Shown here: piece after piece, positions 23,375 to 35,075 of the stretch
Numbering within the stretch: the stretch's first letter is position 1
Layout: every line of letters starts with the position of its first letter
NCBI RefSeq assembly: GCF_022539665.2
Contig: NC_081331.1
Coordinates: forward strand, 5,828,001-5,892,000
From: Daphnia carinata
Lineage: Eukaryota
Reading direction: 5' to 3'
DNA: 64,000 nucleotides
Made by a program: the position numbers and the translations under genes
The notes under the pieces: model-generated
What the model saw: only the letters and a program-made list of their open reading frames with translations
Databases searched by the model: none
What the model was told of the DNA's origin: nothing

Positions 23375-26300
23375 TATTCGTCACGGCTTCCACTTCTCGT
23401 CACTCTCGCCTGCCCAGCTTAGGTAAAGCCGGAATTCCTCTTCCTCCTTTCACCTCCGTCAGTTCCAAAAAAAAAACAGCAAAACAAAATCCAAAGTGCT
23501 TCGTTCATTCATCATAATGTCGGCGCTCGCACTATTGTTATTATCGTTATTATTATCGTAGTTTAAGTCATCAGTAATACTTTCACCCCCTCCTTTTTTT
23601 TTGCAATCATCTCGGTTTTTCTCATCCATTATTATAACCTCCGGTGCCAATAGCTCATCAAAAAAAAAAAAAGCAAAAACCCATATCCGCTCAGCTCCTC
23701 CTGCTCCTCTTCCTCCGCCTAGGAAGAGGGGGACAAATAATTGAAACACAACTACCTTTTTTCGCACGGCCACTGCCTGAAGAAGTGGAAGCAATGTTGA
23801 GAATCTTATTGATTATTTTTTTTAAAGTTGTTTTGAGTTTGAAAGTGAGAAGAAGAAGAAGAACTTTTTTCTCTCTTTTCTTTTTCTTGTCGTTTTCTTT
23901 TTTAATGACAAGAAAAAGAAAGGGAAAAAAAATGTAGTATCGGGTCTCGGGAATGAAAAGCGGGATATCCAACGCCAAAAGCCAACAAGTTCGGAGTAAC
24001 CAACCCGATCGAGATCGATCAGGTTGCGTTTGTTTTTTATGTAACAGAAAAAAAAACAAAAACAAACCCTTATTATTCTTTAAGTATATATATTAAATAT
24101 TATACGAAAGCATTCGTTTTTTTAGGTTTATTGTGGGATCCCTGGTCTCTTTAATTTTTGTTTCTAAAAAAATTTTGTTTCGCGTTCGCAGGCAGACACT
24201 AACTTTTGTACCACCACTACACGCTTTAAGAGAAAAGATCAATTTCTTTTCGCGACATTGCGCCTCTCCCTCCCCCCGCCCCTCCTCCCCATATAGTTCA
24301 ATTGTTACAAAAAATGCGGTGAAGATTCCCGGTGATGGATCGATTCGAAATTCGTTTTTTTTTTTAAGTCTCTGGGATTGATTGATTTTTTAAAGTTCAT
24401 TTTTTTATACGAACAATCCCAGGGCGGGTTTCGAACATCCAGTGGCATTTCATTGTTGTTGATGTTTGTTTTGATTTGAATAACTCTTTTACTACAACTA
24501 CCATTAGTACCATAACTTTGATTTTTGCATAGGCCTTTATTGCGCACGAGTTTAAAAGAAAAACAGGAGTTCGGTAGAGCGCGCGCGCGCGAAAAGAAGT
24601 GAATTTAAAAACAAAAAATGAATCTTTTCGCGCCCTGCCTTTCCCTCTCTCCCCCCCAATTTTCCCTGTGTACGTATTGTTTTTTTTGCGTGTGAACGTG
24701 AGCGTGAAAGTCTTTGACACGTTTAAGGTTGTGCTCTCCAGACAAAGAAGAAGAAAAAAACACAAAAACAAAACAAAAAGAGGGGGAAAAAATTAGAAAA
24801 AATTATTTGTTGGGTTTTGTTGTTGTTTGCTGTTAAAATTGTTGTCGCAATCTAGTAAAATGGAAAAAGAAAAAAAATTAAAGAGGGAAAAATTCCCCCC
24901 CCCCCATCTAATCCCTTCCCCTTTTTTACAAACCTTTTAAGGTTTACAAAAAAAATTTTAAGAAAAGAATTAATAATAATAATAAAATAATAATAGAGTA
25001 TGGTGAATTTTTGTTTTAGTAGCATGTGCGTGAGTTGTTGATATACCCCTCCCCCCTCCCACGGCGATTCGGAAAACCCAGTGAAGCCAATCCATTTAAT
25101 GGACTTCCAAAATACAGTACACAACAACACAATGTAGTTGTAGTTAACAAAACGAAATTTTTTTTGCGCAGGTCTGAAAAACAAAAACCAAAAAATTTGT
25201 TTATTCTTTTGAATATGTAAACATACAGTACATTTTCTATTCAGTGTTTTTTTTTTTCAACTCCTGTAATCTCCGTAAAGAAAAAAAGAGAAACCCAAGT
25301 TCAAAACTCCTTTTTTTTTTGTAATCAAGTTTTTAAAAAACAAAAAACCAGAAATGAAATGATTTTTAGGAAACAATTTCAAAATTTCAAGCGAAAAATA
25401 AAACGAAACGTGTTCAGAGCTCATCTCTTCTTTCTCCGTCTCTGTCGCTCTCCGATGCCAGTGTGTTGTTTTTTTTTTTGCGTGCGTGCGTGTGCGTTTT
25501 TGTATCTATCTATTTCTATAAGCGTCTCGTTTTTTTTCCTCTGATTTTTATACGCGGGAGCAACCGATGTGTAACCAAAAACTGCCTTTTGTCCTCTTGT
25601 CTGTACGGTTTTATAATTTTTTTTCTTCTCCCGACCACACACACAAAGCAGCTTCATACCTCAGATCCCGATGTTTATTTTTCTTTTAATTTTTTTATTC
25701 TTTATTTTCTCCTTTTTACCGCAAATATTCGTACTATGACGTTTTTGTTAAATCTTTATTTTGAATTTTTTTAAACGTAATGACTGAACTTTATAAGTAA
25801 AAACAAAAAGTAACAAAAATGAAGGATATATATATAAATGAATATATATAAACTATTACAAGCACCTGCCCAAACTCCCCCCTCCCCCCCGATTCCAAAT
25901 GTGTTTTTAGAACCGAAACGGTAAAATTATTATTATTTTTTTCATCTTAAGTTTTTTTTAGTATATCCCTTGTTATCGTTTTTTTTTTTTTGCCGTTATA
26001 ACACAACACCATTCTAGAACGCACCTGTCATTTTATCCCCTACCCCCTCCCCCCATTTTTTTTTTACAACTTCTTTGCATTTGTGAAAAACCAAAAATTT
26101 ATATACTGGGTTGGGTTTATATACACATTTTTCATTTCAAAAAAAAAAAAAATGAAACTGTTGAAAATTTTTGCACAATTCGTATGCGTAACGATAGTAT
26201 TTTCTTATCTTAGTGTTTCCAACATGAAAAGAGCTGGAAATAAGGGCATTTTTTATTTCGCGTGTTGTTAAACACAGTGTGTAGCGTTTGTCCATTTGAT

Positions 26301-26686
26301 ATATCTAGAGATTTACTTTTTTATCTTACTTAAATATTACATCTCTGTCTTACCTTTTTTTTTTAATGGAAAAAAGAACATGTGTACACCTGCGCTTTGT
26401 GATGTACGCAATGTTTTATGATTTTCACGTTGCCTAATTTGGCTTTTCGCAAGATATGAAAGGAAAGATAGCGCTAGTGTTGAATGTAACACGGACGTTT
26501 CGACACGACCGTGGAACAAGATCGATAAAGATGAACGATGATAAAGTCACAACCAAAGGCAGCCGAAAAGATAAGAATGGTCATTACCTTTTTCATTTAA
26601 AAGTAAAACAAAAAGGGACGCACTGAATGAGTTCATGTTTGGCACTGGTGAATTATTTTTTAGTTAAGTTATTCGGTCGTCTCAAC

Positions 26687-28108
26687 ATGAAGGTTCTGAT
26701 TCTCGCTTGCCTCCTCACCTGCGCCACAGGTAACAATTCAATTTTTGCGTGTCTTTTTTTTCCTTTCCTTTAAATCCTTTTAATGTTGTGAATTTTTCTA
26801 TGTGACGTCATACCGTAGGCCAGCCCGTGTTCCCGCGTCTGCCAACATCGGTTCTGCTGAAGGGAGGACCGTTTTTAGCGACCGGCGAAAAAATAGTTGG
26901 TGGCACCGAAGCGGTTCCCTATGAATTTCCCTGGCAAATATCTCTACAGGTAAATTTGCTAAAATCGATTAATCAATTTTTGAAATGTTTGATTTTACAC
27001 CCAGTTTCTTGTGCGTTTATTAAGAGACGCGCGGCAATTGGCTGGTCACATAATTGCGGAGGATCCGTCTATAATGAAAATTACATCATCGATGCTGCTC
27101 ATTGCGTTGACGGGTATATCTTTGAGTTTCACCAATAGACCATTCGCTCATGTAATTAAACATTATTGGTTTAGGACTTTCCCAAGCTCATGGCGAATAG
27201 CGGCCGGTGAACATAGTTTATCTTTGACCTCCGGCTATGAACAGTACCGAAACGTATTATCCATACGGGTACATGGAAACTACAATCAAAACACATTTGC
27301 AAACGATATAGCCCTTCTCAAAGTACGAAATAATTTTTTAAATTTGTTTCTTCAATTGATATTTCTAAATAATTTTAACCACGGCAATAAAATTCTAGAT
27401 GGATCAGCCACTCAGTTTTGCCACGGGTAAAGTCGGCCCTATTAGCCTACCAATTTCAGGGTCGATTCTCAAGGCCGGAACGTCTTGCATCGTCTCAGGA
27501 TGGGGTACCACCGCTGTAATAAGTTTTGCATATTTTTAGCATTTCATACAAATTACTTGTATTTCACATTTCAAATGCTTTCCTTTTTTTAGTATAGTGG
27601 CACAGTATCTGACGTGTTACGCAAAGTTGCCCTACCTGTTGTTTCCAACAGTGATTGCGATGCAATGTACGGTATCGGTTCCATTTTGCCTTCTATGATG
27701 TGCGCTGGTTTCGTCGCAGGTAAAGTTCATATATCCATAAAATTAGTAGACAGTTAATGAATGTCACTGAATAAATCAAACTGATTTCAGGTGGAGCCGA
27801 TTCTTGCCAAGGGTAAAATATGAAATATGCGTTTATTTTGAATGGGAGATTTCGTGAATATTCTCTGATTTTTTGTAGGGATTCAGGTGGTCCGCTCGTC
27901 ATGTTAAATCCCAATATCCTGGTGGGTGTTGTTTCATGGGGGAATGGATGTGCTTATCCTGGATATCCGGTATGACCACACTGATAAAAAGAGCAGAACT
28001 GACAATTGAACGCTACTAATCTCTTTCCCATTTTTTTTTTTCATTCGCTAGGGTGTGTACACTAGAGTTTCGTCATTCGTTAACTGGATCAAGACAAACG
28101 CTGTGTAA
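26687..28108 (+). CDS. Trypsin-like serine protease 1 (secreted zymogen, multi-exon)
   Basis: Signal peptide [14 protein letters not shown], activation site GEK|IVGG, DAAHC, NDIALLK, GADSCQ|GDSGGP (S1 Asp), VSWGNGC, GVYTRVS. Confidence 0.93.
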
Positions 28109-28731
28109 GGGTACGTGAACAAAATCGATTACGCCTTACGAAAAAGAACTAGTTAAATTTTGAATTCTTCAAAACTAATTTTTGCAAATCTGGCAACACG
28201 TACATCACATGATTAACTAGTCAACATACAGTTGATTCTTGTCGAACTATACGTGTCAGTTACCCATTTACAATTACTTAGCAAGCATTACCTGCACTGC
28301 ATAGCAGCTATCTGTTAATTCTATAGTGGATTATTCGTGTAAATCTTCGTAATCAAGCATCAAATCGCTGAAGATGAAGCTCTTTACTGAGACGCGTCAA
28401 CTCAAATTCAGGTAGGAAAACGTGTAGAAATTGTTTTCAAAGCCCCTGCACCTACTCCAGCATAAACTTGACTTAAAACAAATGCTGAGTTTGTTATCGG
28501 TAAGCCCCTGTTATCATAGAACCTATGCTGGTTGACGCAGTATAATGATAGCGTATGTCACTAGCCGATAGGAAACCTGTCAGCTTTGTCCAATATTTAG
28601 CCTGATTTACTAGACTGTTAATAGCTAAACTGATACTGCACCTTTTCAAAATTTAAAAGCTGAAACCCGCCTTTTAGTATGGAACTCATATCTTGTATTG
28701 AACAGCACACCAACCAAATAATAATAAGAGT

Positions 28732-30127
28732 TCACGTTGATTGCAATGCTTTTGACAACAATTGCTTCTGGAATACTTTGAGGAAAGCAGGCTCGCTCAT
28801 CGCAAACAAGGCACATCCGTCGTGCTCCCTATACAAACGAAAACATCAGCTTGGAAATGAATTGCAGTTGAGAGAAATACTCACTCGTTGATGACGTAAC
28901 CGATAATGTTGTTGTTGGTCTCTTTAAACACTCCCGATAGCTTTTCGTTGCCGACTTCTTTGAGCACGCACAAATCGTACAGTTCGTTGTTAGCGTTTTT
29001 CAATAATTGCGTGTGCTCTCTGACATAGCCGAACTGGCCGTAGAAACCCCTTTGAGCGATCCAGTCGAAAAAGTTGGAATGTTTCCAATTGATTTCGGCC
29101 ACTCGTTCGTCGAATCGGCGAGAGAAATATTCGAAGATTTGGACATCAGCTGCCAACCAACCGGCCAGTACGTCCCGTTCGCCTCCGGTCAATGGGCTCG
29201 ACTTGTCTGGTTTTCTTCGGTTCAAATCTAGGTGAATAACATCCTTCACAGACCAGTTGAGCAAATCCATTAATAGGACAAGAGATTCATCCATCCGGTG
29301 GGCCATCATGACGAGATCGAACTCTCTGTCTAATCGTTCAATTTCCCTATTCATTGCCTCTTTGTCGTCGAAGATGTTGGGAGACAGTCCCATGTCCCAA
29401 GCCATTTGATTGCGACCGATATAATTGAGCCAGCGCTTGTTCAGCACAGGTAACGAGGGTTTTGTTTTGATTTTCTCCACCATTTCGTGGATATCCTTGA
29501 CTCCGTAAAACTCTCTGAATTTATCTTGGTAGTAAAACATGGAGATGAACACTTCCACCGGGTCACGCACTATGGTGAACGTCGGGACTCGTTCGTTTAA
29601 TAATATCATGACTTCTTCCCTATTCCAGCGGTTGTGCAATGAGAATATGTCGAAAGGCAAATTCCTCCATTTCGTGTTATTCAGTGTTTTATGATTGAAG
29701 AGCGCAGTCGTGGACAGATAGTTCCCACTTTCAGGTAACACGACGTTTAAATTATGCTTGTGCGCATATCTGTAAAATATGTTTCAGTAAATCGAAATCG
29801 AAGCTTTTGTCGATTGAACTTTACCTGAATATGATATTTTCGATTGTACTGCTACCGCATTTGTGATTTTTCATGAATGCAAATTTTCTGTGATTTGAAA
29901 AACAATAAATTATTGGGACCCATGTGAGCTGTTAGGGTTGGAATCCTGAGGTATAGCAAATAGATAATGCACAACAATCAAAACATGATTTTTTACCTGG
30001 CTGGAGTTGGGTTTTTCTGTGGCTCCGTTGTAATCCAATGGATACAGGTAACAAAAAGGGAAAAACAAATAGCAGCGATGCACCATTTGGTGAATCGACG
30101 GTTAAGCAAAACAGAAAAGCGAAACAT
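28732..30127 (-). CDS. Galactose-3-O-sulfotransferase / galactosylceramide sulfotransferase-like (type II membrane protein)
   Basis: N-terminal TM segment (KWCIAAICFSLFVTCIHW), PAPS motif FAFMKNHKCGSSTIENIIFR, TIVRDPVEVFISMFYY, RNQMAWDMG, EFDLVMMAHRMDESLVLL. Four exons with GT-AG junctions. Confidence 0.9.
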
Positions 30128-31425
30128 AGTTTCCACTGCGCCAAATTCTGTTGGATGAAATTATAATTTAACTTCGCTCACATTTGCAGAGAATCCAGTT
30201 TCGAACGATTGAACCAATACCATCAGCCAAAGTTAGTGACAAATTGCTATCGTTAATGCCTCATACCCACAAAGGGGGCTTCCTTCTGTTTATTAAATCA
30301 AAATGCTTTAAGCTTCTCGTCGATTGTTACCTTTCTCAAGAAAATTCAAATAAGGCACAAGAGCAAAGAATAGACGAAACGTTCAACTGATGGCGTTGGC
30401 TGTTTACGAGTTCTAATGTTTCGTACGTACGCATATTCTAAAGACCACGCTAGAGATAAAAAAATTTGAACGTACGGCTAGTCTGTTTGTACACTGTTAT
30501 CTTTTACGTATAGTCAGTCATTAGTCGGTTCAGTTATTTTGAAAAAAAAAAAATCCAACGAAAAAAGACGTCAACAAATGAAAGGAATGTACTTCCATTC
30601 CCCACTTTATTAAGAATGCAAATATGTGTGGTAATTTTTGAAAAAAAATAAAGAACCAATTAATGCCCTGGAAAGTCATTGGAACAGGACGAGTACCACA
30701 GGTGGACGACTGAAAGGTTGGCAATTGTATTGATTACATTTTTTATATCTTTGCTGTCGTCCTGTTAGTTATAGTTGACATATCTTGTCTTGTAATGGCC
30801 TATTGAACTGTGGTAGCCCATCAGGTGATTGCGTGCTAGATATTTATCTTTATTGACACCATTGGACGTCACTATGATTTACACGGATGTATACGTACTT
30901 TTGGTTTTACCTGCTGTTCCAACTTTGGAATTAAACAAAACATGCACGTGATTGGAACCTTCATATCAAAAGGACAATCGTTGAGTTTAACGGCTCAAAG
31001 AATGGACAAATTCAAGTGCTCATTTTGAAAACAAGAACATCTTCCAACTGCTTATCTCCCGCTCAGTGACGTCTTATTATAAATTTTTAAAAAAAGGCGA
31101 TATTACATAGGTATTTGGGTTTAATTTTCTATTTTGATGCGACCTGTATACGAGCTTTGTTTATTCTTATGCATCCTCAAATATGTTCCTTTCACAAAAA
31201 CTATGAATTTTGGTTGTCTTGTTTTTAAAAACTGAAACGTGAATGCAGGTTGGGTTATGGGGTCGTATTGGTATACGATGAGTCGAGGACAAGATAAAAT
31301 GCAGGGTGCATTGCGAGTTATTTGTTTTCCACTATTGTTTAGAGAATGATAAAAAGAAAAAACGATCAAGTCTAGTCGATTATTACGCTGTTGTGTTAAA
31401 CGCAATCAGCAATAGGGTACCTCAC

Positions 31426-31432
31426 TATAAAA
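31426..31432 (+). promoter_or_regulatory. TATA box of trypsin 2
   Basis: TATAAAA about 60 nt upstream of the ATG, with an Inr-like ATTCACT about 30 nt downstream of it. Confidence 0.6.
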
Positions 31433-31487
31433 GCTATCGTACCATTAAGGCCAGCGATTCACTTCGTCTTACGCACTGGAATCAAAC

Positions 31488-33107
31488 ATGAAATCCGTCA
31501 TCCTTTTGCTCGCCCTTGTGGCTGGCAGCATGGGTAAGTTTTAAACTATTTTATTCATTTTTAAATTTAAAATGTTAATCATCTTTATTTTCACTGGATG
31601 TTGGCATTAGCTGGAAAGCTGACGCTGCCGCGTCTGCCACTCGCTGTGCTTATGCGTGGTGGATGGCCCATGATTGATGATGACAGGATCGTCGGTGGCA
31701 CCCAGGCCAGCCCCAATGAGTTCCCATACCAGATTTCCCTTCAGGTATGTACTTTGTAGTCGCTTGTAATTCACAAGACGCATTGGAAAATGTCAGGTGA
31801 GGTTAAAATTTACTTCGTTCATGATCGTGTAGCGTTTCGGCTCCCACATCTGCGGTGCTTCCATCTACAATAGCAACTGGATCATCACCGCTGCTCACTG
31901 TACTGACGGGTGAGTAGTGATAACTGAATTGAATATTGAATTTTCAGATGCATTCGTTAATGATACAATAAATTACAATGTTGTGCGTGAAAACAGAACC
32001 GCTGTTGGATCCCTGTCCATCGTTGCTGGTGAACACAGTCTGTCCAGTAATTCCGGAAATGAACAATTCAGGGATATCTCGTCCAAAGTTGAGTTAGTAT
32101 ATCCTTATTCAATTCCAAACGTCTCAAGAATTTTGTACATAAAGTTTCTTTTTTATTGTCAAACAGACATGAACTTTACAGCTCCCGCACCCAAGAGAAC
32201 GACATCTGCCTCCTGAGAGTATGTACAATAGTTTCAGTTGCACGTCTTAGCATTTATTAACGTAATTCAAGGTGATAATTCAACATACACACCAATCTCT
32301 TTCGTCAATAGGTGAGTGCCCCACTCAATTTGAACAGCGTAGTCAATGTTGTCCGTCTCCCAGCCCAAGGCGCCGAAACTGCTGCAGGAACCAACTGCGT
32401 CGTTTCCGGCTGGGGCACTACCTCGGTAATTATTTTTCATAATATTTAATAGCTTTATATTCGCTACGTCGTAAGTTTGAAGTAAACATTTTGGATTTTT
32501 GAAACGACAGATACTTTCTCTATTTAGTATTGTTTTTTAATTTCATTTTAATGTCTAGTCCGGTGGTAGCACGATTCCCGACATTCTTCGTAAAGTCACA
32601 GTCCCCATCGTTAGCGATGCCACTTGCCGTGACAGCTACGGTGCTTCTGCCATCACCAACTCCATGATTTGCGCCGGATTCCGTCTAGGTAGGCTATCTA
32701 TCGATACATTGAAAAAACTTTCATTCATTTTCCATTAAATCTTACCCTTTTTTTCTGTCTTTCACTTTAATGATTAAGGTGGAGCTGACTCTTGCCAAGG
32801 TAAGATTCAGAAAACAATGATATTTTAATCATCAATTAAATACCTTTTAATATTACCTCACAGGTGACTCCGGTGGCCCCCTCGTCGATGAAGGAACCAA
32901 CCTCTTGATCGGTGTCGTTTCATGGGGTATTGGCTGTGCTGATCCTGGTTACTATGGTAAGACGTTATTCTTTTTCGTCTCACAGAAGACAAGCTCCAGG
33001 AAGATGTACAGTGTTATCTGATATCTGAAATCCAATTTTCTATTGTTACAGGTGTTTACACTCAGGTTTCCTACTTCCACAACTGGATCGTCGGTATTGC
33101 TGGTTAG
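31488..33107 (+). CDS. Trypsin-like serine protease 2 (secreted zymogen, multi-exon)
   Basis: Signal peptide [68 protein letters not shown] at about 33199. Intron positions match trypsin 1. Confidence 0.94.
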
Positions 33108-35048
33108 CAATCAACGAACTCTGGAACTCCCATTTCCATGAGCTATTGGTTACCTTTTTTGTATGCACTTCTTCCTCTTTTAGTGTTTTCAAAACACAAA
33201 TAAACTGTCTTAGAGCTTCACAAGCGACGAATGTTCATTTTAGTTGAATCCCACCGTAATATGAAAGATCTCTGTCATTCGCAATCGGCATAGACTTTTG
33301 ATTAAACTGGTGTTAATTAAGTAGGATGGCTTTGCTGTTCCACCTGAACACTGATTAGTTTTCTTCTGAGCAATATACGAAGAGGTGTTGAGTGTGAGTG
33401 ATAATTTCGTTTAAGTGGTGATTTTCGGCTGTGAAATGCAACTAAAACTTGGAAACTCCTTACTTAATTGACGCCATTATCTAAAAATGATCACCCACTC
33501 TCCATACTTAACGACATTTCTGCATATTATAAATATGCAAAATTTTAGAGTTGTGGAACGAAAAATTTTTGTTTTGCAGTTTATGTTCTTTCCCCTTTAT
33601 GCAAAATAATTTTCTTCCCCTGCCTCCAGAAAGTCGAGCGCCTCCAACTCCAAGTGGCGGGAAATGCTTTGTACCGCTGCTATTTTTGCAGAGGGTTGTT
33701 TTCTAACCCCATCCCCTCTCTCGATTGCAAAACAAACAGGAATGTATGCTGCTGTAATGGTATTCGCCATACACAAAAACTGCAGCGGCGCGAAAAATTT
33801 GGCGCCACGTGAAGCAGGCCTATTTTTGTGTAGTGCCATTCGCTTAAGTGCAGTAAGTGGAAGACAGGCGTATGGTGCAAGTCGATAAATTGTTCTATCA
33901 GAATTAGTAAAATTAAGGTATACATTTCGGTTAGTTCTGTGCTAAACCTGTTTCATTTTAATGGTTTCCACTTGGGTCAAAGTGAATAACTTTTCAACAG
34001 ACTTTCGTTAAGTTCCCGTAACATTTAATTAACGTTTATGTGTTATTACGGTGTGCTAAGAATTAGACTTGTGTGTGTACGTATCATGTGGTAGTTGATC
34101 AGCGGCTATCTCTGTTAGCCATCGTTTTGCCTCACGAAACCAGAAGGTATGATATGTTCCCAAAAGTAATGCAATATTTTCATAGCTAGTTTTCAATCAA
34201 ATTTTCTTTGCAGAAGCACCCTAGCTTACATCCTATGGCATTCGTGAATATGGTCAATCCAATGGTCTTGGCACCATAATTTAAAGAAGTATAGCTAAGT
34301 TTGTGTTGTACCAAGTTTTACTGTTGCTCTATTCTAATGCGGAATTATGACTCTCTAGGTAAACAACCTACCTTGATTCTCTCCAGCAAGTTCTAATCCT
34401 GGCAATAGAAAAGCTATCCTGCTTTTTCTGGTAAATCCAATTCTTGCTACATGCTTATTGGTTCTATGGCAACTTTGGTGGGATGGGTTATCTTATTGCT
34501 ACTACACAATACTGTAATATGTCTAAAATAAGAATGTAGAAAACTGTCGTGGTACAGAAGTGTATCATGCCAACAGGTATATCAGGCAGTAGTACAAAAG
34601 GCCTGTTTATTATTAGGATGTTGAACGAATAGCCTACATCAATAACACGCCCAACTTAGGAAAAGAATTGCGGTCTACCTAGTCATTGCTGTAGATGAGG
34701 TGTTGATCGGTTTCCAATGGCATGGAAATTTCGGCAAAGGTGTGGAATGTTCCACTGCGACGAAGGTGTTAAAATATTTTATTCCGATGAAGAAGAATCC
34801 GTGATGAGGTGATAGATGGACGCTTTGGGGCAGGAGTCATTTTCGGAAAAAGCGACAACGATTACAGGTGAAGGGTTATAACCAAAGTATCAGGATCGCT
34901 CATTCTTACCAAATTTGTTCTTTGGAAGTCACCTGTTCAAGAGGAGGGGTAAAAGTTTCTTTTGTAAGGAATATCTTGGCATTACAACATACTTAGATAC
35001 TTCAAAATTCTTCCGTTCTTTTTCCTCTTTTTTTTTTTTTTTTGTTTT

Positions 35049-35075
35049 TGTTGTTGTTGTTGTTGTTGTTGTTGC
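35049..35075. repeat. (GTT)n microsatellite following a poly-T tract
   Basis: Directly visible. Confidence 0.85.

Noticed and set aside
23400..26300. Low-complexity ORFs downstream of ttk
   Set aside because: Homopolymer-driven; consistent with a long 3' UTR.
34682..34802. Peptide VIAVDEVLIGFQ…YFIPMK resembling a piggyBac transposase motif
   Set aside because: Short, the spacing does not match, and no terminal repeats or further motifs were found; not supportable without a search.
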